Assembly (NCBI RefSeq): GCF_009914755.1
Contig: NC_060929.1
Strand: one strand, 5' to 3'
Source: the human T2T-CHM13v2.0 reference genome, Homo sapiens
Length of the DNA stretch: 64,000 nt
The first letter of the stretch is position 1, and every line of letters starts with the position of its first letter. The translations under genes were made by a program, and so were the position numbers. The notes under the pieces are model-generated. The model searched no databases. It had not been told where the DNA came from and was given only the letters and a program-made list of their open reading frames with translations. Below, piece after piece: positions 26,461 through 39,760 of this stretch.

Positions 26461-29400
26461 AAAAAAAAAACATATATATATATGGCTTTAATATCTGAGC
26501 TCTGGAGAAACACGAATCAACAAAATCTAATGCTTAATATGCATGCTTTACCAGTACAAGTTTTCCTAGTATGTGGTCAAGTTATTACCTGATATTCAAA
26601 GCAGGGGGTTGTGTTTGACTCAAACTATGAACCTGGCCTACAAAAGTCTGGAATTGTTTGATTCTAGGGGTATCCAACATAATAGGGGATATACAACATA
26701 ATACCAGCAAAAAGCAATTTGAGAAAACGCTACACCTAGTTTGGAAATTGGATATTATTTACTAAAGTGCTCTTAGTGCAAGCTTGTATTTTCAAAGTAA
26801 TAAAAACAATGTCATTATTATAACATTTAAGATATGATGGAAACATTTTTCCTCTAGTGCTCTTATTTTTTAAGCTCATCACAATTGGTAAATTTTATTA
26901 GTGAGAGCAGAATATAACCTCATCCCTTGACTCCATCAAAAGAGTAATTCTCTAACTCAGAAGGCATAAGCATGATTAGCAAAGAAGGGAGGAAAGTAAC
27001 TCATATCTTTTCTTTTGTTGTCTTTATTTTGATTTGCTCTAAATATTTTCCAGTTTAATATTTGTTCTAATTAGAAAACCAAGTGATTGAAAAACTCTGC
27101 TCTAATTTTATAAACAAGAAATATGTCCACCAGCTAGTTGAAAAAATAATGTTATGATCTTTTTCCCCAAATATTCTGAATATCAGGTTCAAAACCAGTA
27201 GAATTTGTACAGAAAATCCTATACAAATGCTCTACAAATGAAATCACAAAAATTGATAGAAATACCACTGACACACCATAACAGTTTATCTTAACAAAGT
27301 CCAGGTTATATAAGAAGATAATTATATTTTAAATAAGCAACCCTAGGGCTTATGCATTATAGAAACTGGAAAAGTGTTTATGTCAAGCACTTAATGATTT
27401 TTCACAAAAGTTAACAACTAGCATCAAAAGTGGCAATATACAGAATTTTTTGTATATATTTATTGAGTACCACTTATTTGTCTGGTGAATAATTAATATC
27501 TGACACCTGTACTTCAACAGAAATTTCTCATTTCCTGTGAAAACGACAAGGCTGGCTCTAAAATAGAGACTACACGGATGTGGTTAAATCATCAGGCTAG
27601 ATGGTGTTATCGTTTTTCTTTGAATATAATTTAAATGGGTTGCTGTAGATCTATTTGAAGATGTACACTCCCAAGAAGTGGCATGTTTGCAAGCTGCAGT
27701 GAGTAAACTAGTGGTCCTGATTTGAAAAAAGACTCTGTAGCTTGGAAATCCAAAAGGGAAAATCTATTTTATTTGGTCAAAAAAGTTAACACATGCTAGT
27801 CAACTAACGTCAAAATGGACTTTCCAATAACAGCACCTTTGCTGTGTTATAGACAGTTAGTTGCAAAAATAATGTAAAACATGTCTTTTAAGTTCCTGAT
27901 TATAAGTAAACCTCTTTATTTTATTTACTCTTAGGGAAAAATGATTTAAAAAGGGAACTATAAGAGTTAAGCACAGTTTTAAAAGACATCATATTGTCTA
28001 ACTCTTAGGAGAAACTAATGCTTAATAAGATAAATAATTACTAAATGCAGATTGTAATTATGTGTTTTTCCAATGTTGTTATAGGCTCAGCAGTATTTTT
28101 TCAACTGAAGCAGTGAAAATAGTAAAAGTGATTTCAAAACAGAAAAGACTACCAACTCACATAGACTAATCAAAATATAAAAACACAAAAAACTTAGGCA
28201 AAACTTGGAATTCGATATTTTACAAAGTAAAAAGAAAAAGAGGTAAACTTGAGTGACTCTGGGTTTGTTTGTTTGTTTGTTTTTTCTTATTCCTGAACCA
28301 AACTTTCAGTTTCTGTTTTAGGTCTTCTACGTATGGAAAATTATCTGAGTTAAGATTCCATTTATAGGATCCAAGAAAGACTGAAAGTAATTACTATGAG
28401 TGAATAATATTATGACTTAAGTGCTTCATAATTTTTGGAAACAGTAAGAAAAGGTTAGTTTTTTATCTCCTAGTGCAAACAGTTTTTAGATTGTAGATGT
28501 AATGGCGAATTAAAAGCTTTGTGAATTTGCTAAGTCTAGTTGTTGTTCAGACTATAAATATGAAAAAAAATTCAAGTATAATTAGCTAAATGTCATTGGA
28601 AGCATAGAAAACTCCTGTACTTAAACTGAACTGAAACAACAACATGTCACCAAGGAGAACATATATGCTTTTGCTAAGAAGACAATTGATAGAAATTTTT
28701 GTTTAACAGCAGGTCAAACAAAATTATTTCAGAAATGAGAGAGGTAGAAAGAAAACTGGCTTTAATATCTGCGCTCTATCTAGAGACACATGAATCAACA
28801 AAAGCTAATGCTTAATATGCATGCTTTACCAGTACAAGTTTTCCTAGTACGTGGTCAAGTTATTACCCAATATTCAAAGCAAGGGGTTGTGTTTTCTGTG
28901 CATGACTCAAAAGAACAAACAAAAAAAGACCCTTCACAGGTCTTTAACTGTCATTTTGTGATCCTAATTCAACTTTTGAATCCTCATTAGATAAGCAAAC
29001 ACCTAAATTGAGCAACTATTTTAACATTAAAGATAACTGAAGGAATCTGAAAATCTGTTTCATTTTCAGTGAAACTAAATATCTTAGTCATAAAAACTAT
29101 TTTTTTTGTTAGGCAATATCAGCCTTAAACTGAAAGGTTGGTTTGGACTGTTGAACTGACAACAAGTAGAGTTCTACCCAGAAACTTTTAACTGAATTTT
29201 CAACTAGAACTTCCCTTTCAACGTCACCTATCACTTGAAATAGCAACTGCAGAATCCCAGAAAATTAATTTACTAAACATTGTTTAGTAACAAGTTTTCA
29301 CTCGTGAAATGTTAAATATAACTAAGTTATCACCAAGTGCCACTCTTCTCTGTGGGTTTCTTGGCAATAATAAGCACACAGTTGCAACTAAAATTTAATC

Positions 29401-30039
29401 TAAATGACATTGTTAACTCCATCAGAAAATACTGTGTGACGAATCTTATAGGTGGAATGTATCACAAGTTGAGAAGCAAATTAGGCTATGATACATATGT
29501 TAGGAATCAGTTTTTGCAAACTTTAGACACTGACTACAAAAAAAAATCACTGTAAATTAAGTTAGTACTGACCCAGTTCACTAAAAGAAAATAAAAAGTA
29601 AAACTAAAAAATGCCCAGTGTTTCATTATGCCTACAAAAAAACAGAGAGAACACACATTTTTTATTTGTTTGTTTTGAAAGATTATTTTTGCAAGGCAAC
29701 TTGTCTTAAAGCTCTGGAAGAATAAAACGTTTAACTGTACCTTATTTAGGATTTCTAAGTCCTAGCAGTTATGGGAAAGACATCTTAGTGTCAAAAAAAA
29801 TCTTAAACACAACAAATGAAAAGGCAAAATTGTCCCACAATATTTGATGAAGAGCATTTTTAGTTTAATTTACACCCTAGAGTGCCATTTGATATTTGGT
29901 CCAGAATTTGGTAATGTTGAATGAAAAATGACTTTTGTTATTTTAGAGCAAAGAGAATCATTTATTCCATAATGATAAATTTTAATAATATACATTTGGG
30001 TACTAAAATATATTCTTAACAAAATTATTTTATAAGGTC

Positions 30040-30115
30040 CTGGTTCCTCAGTCAGGAGGTCTGGGTTTGAATCTTGACACTGCCACTAATAAGCTTTGTG
30101 ACCCAAGATTAGCTC
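30040..30115 (+). mobile_element. MIR fragment
   Basis: gtcaggaggtctgggtttgaatcttgacactgccactaataagctttgtgacc. Confidence 0.6.
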
Positions 30116-31011
30116 TATCGGTAACTTATTGATCAAAGCAAGTAGAAGATAGTATAAACATTGTATGTAGAAGTTTTTGTAAAGTAAATCTATGTATGCA
30201 ATAGGAAATTTTTCTTGTCAGTTAAGCATATATAAATTTGCAATTATGTTTAGTTAACCTGCAGGTTTTATGTATTTCAGATTATTGATATATCATGACA
30301 CTAAGAGCTGAAATATTTTTTCTAATTATGATGTGATAAAGCTATCCTGATGTGTACATTTGTACATTTCTATACATCTATAATTGATGTTTGCACTTTT
30401 CGGGGTTTCTAGTCAACATGTAAAAAACAATAACAAAAAAAGAAAATAAATAATCCAAATATGGAAAAAAAGTCAAGTTGCAAGTATTGGACATAACTAC
30501 ATAATCTCCCGTACGATGTTCACAGATTTATTCACAACATTTAATGCATCTTAAATGTGTTATTTCTTAGCTTATAATAATAAAGAACAAACTTTTATCA
30601 ACAATATTAAGGCTTAAAACTAAGATAATTATTTTGAGTGCAAAGTTAGCTGTAGAATGCATAAACTCCATATATCGTGAATCCTCAAAGTACAGTGAAG
30701 TAACAGAACCATCTCTCATAGACAATTGCATAGAAGTACAGTTGTTTGATGAATACATATGAACCGATTCTTGGTGTGCTTATGAAAATAAAATAAGGCA
30801 TATGGGAACAAAGGGATTAGTAATAGGGTTGAAAATCATATCCACAAATGTAAAAAAAAATTATCTCAGGAACTGTTTTCACATTTTATTATGCGGACAA
30901 TTATTAGGAATATAATAAGAACATTATAAGTTTAATAAGATTTTTAAATTTCAAAGATTTATAATGATAGTTGAATCAGTAAGATAAAAAAATGGTTGGA
31001 AATAATGTCTT

Positions 31012-31290
31012 AATGTTCTCAATCACAAGTGAGAGTTGAACAATGAGAACACATGGACACAGGGAGGGGACCATCACACACCCGGGCCTGTCGGGAGGTG
31101 ATGGACAAGGGGAGGAGAGCATTAGGACAAATACTTTATGCATGCAGGGCTTAAAACCTAGATGAGGGGTTGATAGGTGCAGCAAACCACCATGGCACAT
31201 ATGTACCTGTGTAACAAACCTGCATGCTCTGCACACATCCTGGAACTTAAAGTAAAATAAAAAATAAATAAAAATAAAAATAAACAAAAA
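31012..31290 (+). mobile_element. L1PA (older, L1PA8-10-like) 3' end with A-rich tail
   Basis: gagttgaacaatgagaacacatggacacagggagggg...cttaaaacctagatgaggggttgataggtgcagcaaaccaccatggcaca...aacttaaagtaaaataa. Confidence 0.88.
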
Positions 31291-33910
31291 CTTAAAAGTA
31301 GAATTTTGAAAACACTTTTAAAATTTACCCACACCCAATCACTGACCCAAAGTGATATGGAAATTCTTAAATGCCAGAAAAGTGAGGAAGAAAGAAAATA
31401 ATAACAATAATAATAAATGATCCATAATTAGTTTCTAATATCTTTTCAAAAATATTTGCAAAAGCTAAGCCAACAGTCAGATATTTTCATATTCTAAATT
31501 TTTTTATTACAGGTATCAAACTGATTAATACTCACTAGTCATTTCTGCTATAGCCAATTCTAATTTTTATGAACTCTTTGCACATTGTACAATAATGGTT
31601 TTACAAATTATCCTTTCCTTTCAAGGAAGTGACAACTTTGTATGTATTATTCAACATTTGTTCATTGTTTTATTGTTTATTTCTTTAATCTGTTAAGGAG
31701 AACCATACAAAAATAGTACTAACATTTCATTCATACTATCAGCTATTATAATTGAAAATAGATCACCCTCAAATACATGAATGTAATGCTCATTGATTTG
31801 TAAAATTGTAATACGAATCTTTTGGGTCAAGTTAGGTTTACTACCCTTCACTTGAATATGTTATTAATAGCAAAATGTATATAGCCTATTTATAGTATTT
31901 GATTTTTATATAGCTATTAGGAAAGGCATGACCAGATATAATACTTGAACTAGTGTCAATTACTTATTTAATTTACTTATTAGATTTTTTGCTATCTGAC
32001 ACATTATTTAGCATGGCTAGATATACTAGTTAAACTATTACAACATTTTATTTTACTTTCTTCCATCAGGTTTCTTTACCAGATCTCTATAGCCTTAATT
32101 GGCTCCTTTCTTGCTAAGCCATCCAATTTGAAAGTTATTTTTCTGCTTACAGATCAAATTTTTGCTATTTAATCACCTATCTCTCTCTCTTTCCAATATA
32201 CCTTCAAGAAATATGAATCTTTACTCCATTCTAAACCAAAGTATATCTGTGTTTATAACCCCACATCAACTCACATCTTGTGACTTTTTCCTCATAATTA
32301 TCTCATCTCTCACAGGGTTTCTAAATTCAAATATAAGGATGGGGATATGCGACAGAGAAGAATGCACTTGACAGGTATCATGAAAGATGTGAGCTCCAGG
32401 TATGAAAATGTCAAACTTGAGAGACCATGACTAGTGTCAGCTTTAACCAGCTAAACCTTAGGAAGAGTACAGATTCAGAGTTGTCAAATCATTCAATTTC
32501 TCAAGAGTTTATGGAAATCTGTACTTTTATTTTAAAGCCTCCTGGTTTTTAATATTGGCTTTAAGGTTTCTTTTTTATTTATCCAGTGGAAATAAATTTT
32601 TCTTGCTGGCCATATTCTACCCAGAAGTCATTGATTTATGAGCTCTGTCATCAGACTCTACTCATCTATTCATTCTTGTAGGAGGCACATGAATATAGAA
32701 AGCTCCCACCAAACTAAAAGCAAACAAACACACACCACTTGACATTGCCATGATTTGATTCCTGTTTCCCTTCCCAGTCAATTTCAAACCTTTAAACCAA
32801 AGTAGTAATACTATTCCTACATCGCCCTGATGCCCATATTTTTAAAATTTCCAGACATTCGTTCAAGTAAATTTCAACATGCTGTAATTATCTTTGCTCC
32901 AAAACATTGTGTGAAATTTCTGTGCATACTCTAAAGATGAGTGTAATAGACTAATAGACTCTTCCTTCAAATTTCTTATAATCTACATTAAAGGTAGGTA
33001 TAATACAAGAAGTGAGTAGGTAGAAACCCAGGAAAATTAATTAGCCCCTTATATCTTAGTCACTAAGCTACACCTATAAAATCTGTGTGTTAATGCTAAC
33101 TATTAATTGACTTTTGGATTATTTTATTATATAACGAATGTATTCTTTCACACTTTTAGTGAGTTCTTGTTTACTGAAATGCTGTGATTCAAATATACCA
33201 ACCAATACAGTAATGCAATGTAACTATAAAGAAAAAACAATCTTCCTGTTTCCTCCATAATTAAGAAGGTATGACTCTAGCTTTCTTATTAGTAACAGGT
33301 TTATATCAGAAGAAAATTACATACTGGATAAACGTAGGCATGGAGTATGAGTTCAAGAGTGGGTTTCAGCTAAAATGACTAGTCTTACAAAGAAGAAGTC
33401 AGTAATCTAGAAAGCTTATTTTCTGATTTTTATCCAATTTTTAAAACATGAGCCCACACAGAAATACTCATTCACAGGATAAGACTAATTTATTTATAAT
33501 CGTCAGCACAATAGAGTGTAATAGGCTCTAATTTTCAGCTAGTTGAGAAAACCCAAAAGCAGAATGAAGACTCAATAGGGAAGTTAAAGATAATTCTTAA
33601 AATATATGTCCATCCTGAGTAATTGAGTGAAGTATGTTAAATATCAGTACTCTGCTGAATATTTTATTCCATTAGTATAAAGACAATATATTCAAAACTC
33701 ACATATTCATCCTTAAATCTCTGACTATATAATGATTTCAGTTTTATGGTTTCATATTCTTCAGTGAGCAACATTAAATAGAGCTGGTTCATTCTTTTAT
33801 TTAAGTATTCATACTTAAACCATAAATCCAGTGTTGAATACAAGTTTGCCAAGCCCAACGTATTTGAGAACATGATGTGAAATTTATTATGCCTTAGTAA
33901 AGAAACTCAC

Positions 33911-34042
33911 CTTATCTCTAGGACCAAAGAGGAATTGATTTTCCAACCTTCTACATTGTGCTGGAAGATTGAAGAGCCAGCCTTTCGAATGATTTTATCA
34001 GAGCTATTGACAAGTGACCGACTCAAAGACAATTCACCATCT
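33911..34042 (-). CDS. ST8SIA4: ST8SIA4 coding exon 2 (132 bp; residues 38-82, stem region)
   Basis: Acceptor tgtttcAG|AGATGGT; donor GATAAG|GTgagt; translation [43 protein letters not shown] in frame with exons 1 and 3; sequons N50 and N74. Confidence 0.97.
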
Positions 34043-34319
34043 CTGAAACAAAACAAAATTGCCAGCTTTGTGAAAGTAAGAAACATTTTGTGTATACAGC
34101 ACAGTACATAATTTGAATTAATTACTGGTGATGAATTTTAGATACTTTTTCCCCTACAAGTTAGAAGGAAATACGCAAGCATGATGAAAGGTGTTATGAG
34201 GATTAAGTGAATATGACTATCAGGACAAGAATCTACACGTAATATTTTTGAAATTAAACAATTTCTGAATAAAAAAAGATCTCTATGGTACTTAAAGAAA
34301 AAAAATCACCAAATATAAA

Positions 34320-34993
34320 GACAGAATTACATAATTCAGCAATCTCTCCTCTGGGCATATACACAAAGGAATTGAAATCAGGATGTCAAAGAGATGCTTG
34401 CAGTCCCAAGTTCATTGTACCATTATTCACAATAGCTAAGATATAGAAATAATATAACTGTCCATTAACAGAGGAATAGATAACGAAAATGTGGTATATA
34501 TACCAATGGAGTACTATTCAGCCCTTAAAAAGAGCAAAATCCTGCCATTTGTGCTAACATGAATGAACCTAGAGGACCTTAAGGTAAGTGAATAAGTGTA
34601 AAACATAGAGATAAATACCTTATAATCGCACTTATATATTGATTCTAAAACAGTGGAAATCATAGAAGTAGAGAACAGAATATTGGGAAGAAAGAGTGAA
34701 TGGGGAATGGGGAGAAATTGGTCAATAGGTACAAAATTTCACACTTAGACGGGAGGAATAAGTTCTGTTGCACAACACAGTGACTATAGTTAATAATATT
34801 GTATATTTTTAAGTAGCTCCAAGAGATTTTAAATGTTCACACTACAAAGAAGTGACATGCTTTTGAGGTGATGGATATGCTAATTAGCCTGATCTTATCA
34901 TTACAAAGTGTATACTTGTGTAGAAACTTCACATTGTATCCCGTAAATATATACAATTATTGTTTGGCAACTAAAATAAGATAAAACAAATAA
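34320..34993 (+). mobile_element. L1MA-type 3' end
   Basis: cagcaatctctcctctgggcatata...aaatcctgccatttg...tgaggtgatggatatgctaattagcctgat...A-rich end. Confidence 0.82.
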
Positions 34994-35139
34994 GCTCTGT
35001 TTCCTCACTAGCTCTGTTTAGACAACAGAGACAGAATGTTTTGTAAGTGCTCCTCCATCTGTATAATTGTGATTCCTAAGATTGTAATTTCATTTTTACA
35101 GAAGGCATATATGCATAATAGAAGGGGATTCTGTTTTGA

Positions 35140-35330
35140 AGCAAGAATAACTTGGAATATCAGGTGATCTGGGCATGTTTGTGATTCTATGACTTGCTTG
35201 AGTTCCTAGACTCTATTCTCTTTCTAAGCCACAGTAGTCTTACCTTACCTTGAAAATTACAATAACTTTATGTAATATACAATGGCTTTGTGAGGATCAA
35301 GTAAGGCTCTGCATGTAAAAGTAATTTTTC
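35140..35330 (+). mobile_element. MIR fragment
   Basis: tctaagccacagt...tgaaaatt...ttgtgaggatcaagtaag...gcatgtaaaagt. Confidence 0.45.
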
Positions 35331-36445
35331 AAAAATTGCATTGATTTCAAAACATCTCAACGAGTCACTTCCCTGACAGTTGGTGGAGAGACAGAGATTA
35401 TAGTAGAGAGAAAACTCATTAAGTAGTCATTATTAGTAGTATTTTCTCTTACATTAAAAAAACTACCTCCCTGCAACCAATAGTGTCAAGCTAGTATATC
35501 ATGTGGCATGGTACTAGCTGAGGTGCTGGTGGGAGTGATGATGCTGGCAGATACCTGTAATAGCATGCATGCCATTAAAACATTTATATCTGAATAAATT
35601 CATTATTCAATAGACCATTTTCTTGTACTTTATAAATGTAAACCCAGACTCAGAAAATCAAAAAGCTACTTCTTATGGTATACGAATAGTAACCATAGCC
35701 CTTTGAATATTTGTATTTATTTCTTTACATCGCCTTTTACTTCTTAGAAAGTCAAAAATATAGTTAAAAAATAACATGACTATTTGCTCCATAACAAAGT
35801 CTAAAACTGTGTTTTTTTAATGCAGGCAATCCTCTCCTAGTATCAATGGAAACATTGCCTGTGTAACAGCTATTCGATGAATTCTGTAATTGAAGCCTTA
35901 TAGTTTGGTATTTTGGTTTGCATTCTTTTTTAAACATGTTAGCTTAAATCTGAAGCAGCTCAAAGCATCATCATAGGCTGCTACTCCCTGTGAAATTCAT
36001 AATTCTATAAAAATTAATATCTTAAACTATCCTACTGATGAAAATGATACGTTTGCATGCCTATGCATGGCAAATAATGATTGCCTTACAGGGAGCATTT
36101 AGGATGCCAGAAAACACGGGGTGTGCTTTACTGACCATCGGCCCAGAAGTCAATTTTTATATTATATTCATAATGATAATAGCTACTTATGAATAAAAAT
36201 GTGGTTATACACAGAAGCTAACGTTCACACTTTGGGAGATATGACTACATGATTTCAGGTGCAAACTATCACTATTTCTGTGGATAAGGTATATTTCTAA
36301 TCATCACCTTATTAATTGATGTATCAGTGTCATCTTTTTCTAACCACAGATTGATATCATTATAATAATTATTTTCACCACCAATAAACTTTCATAGGAG
36401 AAATAAAAATATGCATGGGCTTGCACTCTTTAAGATGTGTGGAAG

Positions 36446-36580
36446 AGCTGGGTATGGTTGGCAGTGCCTACTCAGGAGGCTGAGGTGGGGGGATTACTTG
36501 ATCCTAGGAGTTAGAGACCAGCCTGGGTAACATCACAAGTCCCTGTCTCTAAAAACTAAATAATTAACTACATAAATAAT
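36446..36580 (+). mobile_element. FLAM / Alu monomer
   Basis: gctgggtatggttgg...ctactcaggaggctgaggtggggggattacttgatcctaggagttagagaccagcctgggtaacat...ctgtctctaaaaa. Confidence 0.8.
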
Positions 36581-38879
36581 CTATAGATGATTGCTTCATT
36601 GACCTAGAAATACAGATACATTTTTACATGGCAGAATGTTTGATATGATGTTTTCAGTTGTGCCAAGCCTTTTCAGAATATCCAAGATTTAAAAAGTTTA
36701 AATCAGTGTTCTATGAATAAAATGCTACCATTTTACTCCGCTGTTTGAATTGCTTTCATTGAGCTGGTGATAAGCCAAATTTCAGACTTTCATCACTGGA
36801 AAGAATTTTGAATGAAAATATCTACAACTAGTCACACTTTTTATAGTCAGTGTGGGAGAAGGTCAAACTTAGTACAATCTGAAGCTCTAGAGTAAATTTC
36901 TCTGTATAAAGTTAAATGGGTCCCATGGGATGTTTCACTCATGACCTTGGTAGCATTCTGTCTCAGAAAAGGCTCTTCCTTCCCATGAATGCGAAGCTTG
37001 AAGGATGTTGCCACCCCCCTACTTGTCTCTCATTCCAGATCAGACATGACTTTTGAACAGCTGCACTGAAAACATTTATTGCATAGGATCATCTACAAGA
37101 AGATTCAATATGTACTTTTAAAAGGAAAATAGCGAAACACATCAACGAAATCACTCCACATAAATCAATATAATACAAAGGATCCCTGCTTATTTGGATC
37201 AAAGAAAAATTCACTAAGATGGTCATCTATGTGATACCAGTGGCAGGAATTAATCATTTTTTAGGTAACCTAGTGTCTACAAATATTTCCAGGCTTCACC
37301 ACAATTTACTTCATTAGTTTTGCAGTACGTAAGACATATGATTAATTTCACTTCATGGTATTAGGTCTCAAAAGCCCCGTATTCCACCCTACTGAAACTC
37401 TTCATGACTTGGCTTTTGAATGTATTTGTTCCCTTTTAACTAGGTTAAACTTCCTCTTTAATATAAAAATTTAAATAAAGAACTTGCATGAAACTAAGCC
37501 TGAATACACACAGCAGGCCATTTTGTATTTTCATTACCTAAGTGTCAAACAACTAAAAATAAAGATGATAGTTTCTACCTTAATTTATGAGTTTTAGTAG
37601 AATTGTGAAATGTGAAATGTGAAGTAAAGTGCAAATTCTAGATTTCTGCACTCACGAGGTTGTGTTTCATCCTAGAACAAACTGGGACTAACTTTGCTGT
37701 CAATGGTAATACTCTAAGTAAAAATATTTATTTCCACTTTCAATTTTATCATAGGTTTTAGAACTAATATTGTTGATTATTTAGTAATACAACCTAAAGT
37801 ACATAGTCAAATTATAAGAGAGATCTTTGGATAATAAGAAAAGTAAGTTAGTCTCATTTGTAGTCAACCAGAAAAATAGTGTGTAGCAAGATTTAAGGAC
37901 TAACAAAACAAATATTTATATGACATTAAAGTTTATGTTACACTTTCAAATATATTATCTCATTAAATGAGGATGCTTACATATTTTACTTGTGGGAGCC
38001 TTACATTAACACATTTCCAGTTATACCCAAAAGTGCACAAAGAGCTAATTAAGTCATAAGCCAACTGTGAGGTCTACTAAGAAAGTAAAGTTAGTCAAGA
38101 ACACACCACTTAATGCCTTCACTGCTCTTCAACTTAAACTTTATTAACTAATAGGCTTTTATGGAAGGAAATATGAATTTTAGATGTTCAATAATCATTA
38201 CTTGACCTATGCTGGAACAATTCCTTATGTATTTAAAAAAACATGTCGCAGGTATTCCTTTGGAGATATGAGAATGTGGATGGTTGGTGAGAAGGTTGTG
38301 CTGGTTTTCTATTTTTCCATCTGCGTGGTATGACTGCTCAGTATTGTGGCATACTGTAAGAGTAACTATAGATGGGACCCCCATTTGCGGGGGGGAAGGG
38401 TCGAAGGGATAAAGGAACTGCCTTGTATTGCAAAATTGGTAGCAGAAAAGCTAAATATGAATCTGGGGTAGTGATGCAAGATTCAAGGACTATGGAAGGC
38501 CCTTCTTTGAAACTGCTGCCAAGCCACAAGGCTCGCAGTGCCCCCCAAAGGCCAGAGACTGCCTTGGTTACCTCACTTGAATACTGGACCGGGATCTGGA
38601 GCCGAACCTCCATTCCAGTTTACTCAAAACTCAAAACTGGCCTCTCCACGTGGCTTGGGTAGAAAGACAGTCAATGAGATGATTTGATGGTTTTATGAGT
38701 CAACTCCTCCACCAGAAGCGCTGTTTGGGAGTTGAAACGAAATAATGAGCTCGGGTCACAAGCTTTTCCACGAACCTTTCATCCTGGAGAAAAAGGAAAG
38801 TGCTCAGGGAGCCTAGCTGCCCTCGCATTGTTCCTGGCAGCTCCAACTCCTTGCACAGTCTTGGTCTCTCAGGAGACCA

Positions 38880-39760
38880 AGGCAGTCAGGACGCTACAGG
38901 GCACGGGTGTAAGCGCGACGTTCGCGGCCAGCCCTCTGCCTTGCCCCACTGTAATTGCGGGTTTTGATTAAGAAGGAGGAGCCAGTTGCCGACTGAGCTT
39001 TGAAAGTGACTTTGGGTGGGGGGTGGGGGTGGGGTGGGGGTGGAAGGAGGGGAGGGACCAAAAGAGCCTGAGTCCTGCAATAAAGGTTTCCCCCTATCTT
39101 CTCACTCATTCTTTCCCCCTCGCCGCCGGCGCTCTGGCAGCAGGGGATAACCCCGGTGCGCGCCTCTCTTCCTGTTTGGTTTACTCAAGCGCCTGCCCCA
39201 ACGCCTTCTCAGTCAAGCTGGGAGGAAACTGCTTCAGCTTGAAAAGGATGCGGGCAAAAGCCCAGCCCGACTAGCTCAACCGCCGCGCCAGTGCCCGCCT
39301 CCTCTTCCTTAACGCCTAGGGCTGCGCCCACCAGCCGGCAACGTCCAGGAAAGGGCCACAGGAGAAATGACACCCGTGCAATGCGGAGTGTCCCGGCTCC
39401 GCTTCCCCGCAGGGACTCGAGGTGCGCTCCTTTTCCTGGCCACGGTTTAGGGAGGCTCGGAGATGGACACCTCGGCAGTATCTGGCGACCCTCTTCTCAC
39501 TCGCTCCGCCCACTCCTGCTCTCCAGGGTCCCAGCCAAGGGCCCGAACCCTCGGAGTCCTAGTGAGCCTTGGCCGCTTTGTCTGGGATCAGGCTTATCCT
39601 CCTAGCCCACGGCCCGGGAGGGAACAAAGAGCCTCGACCCTCAAGCTCTAGCCTCTGCCTCTCATCGGAGCCCCATGCGCCCATTCATCACCTTTCTAAA
39701 GACCCCTTTGTCTGCCTGGCAAGCACAGGTCTGCAAGGGATGCCCACGCCCCTGCCCAAA
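38880..39760. promoter_or_regulatory. CpG/GC-rich block in intron 1 (candidate CpG island or enhancer)
   Basis: Sharp rise in GC and many CpGs (gcgcgacgttcgcgg, cgccgccggcgc, ccgccgcgcc) against AT-rich, CpG-poor flanks. Confidence 0.7.

Noticed and set aside
38537-38722. CTCF-like motifs (cagtgccccccaaaggcca; ccaccagaagcgctg)
   Set aside because: Each misses core positions or spacing of the CTCF consensus; not supportable by eye.
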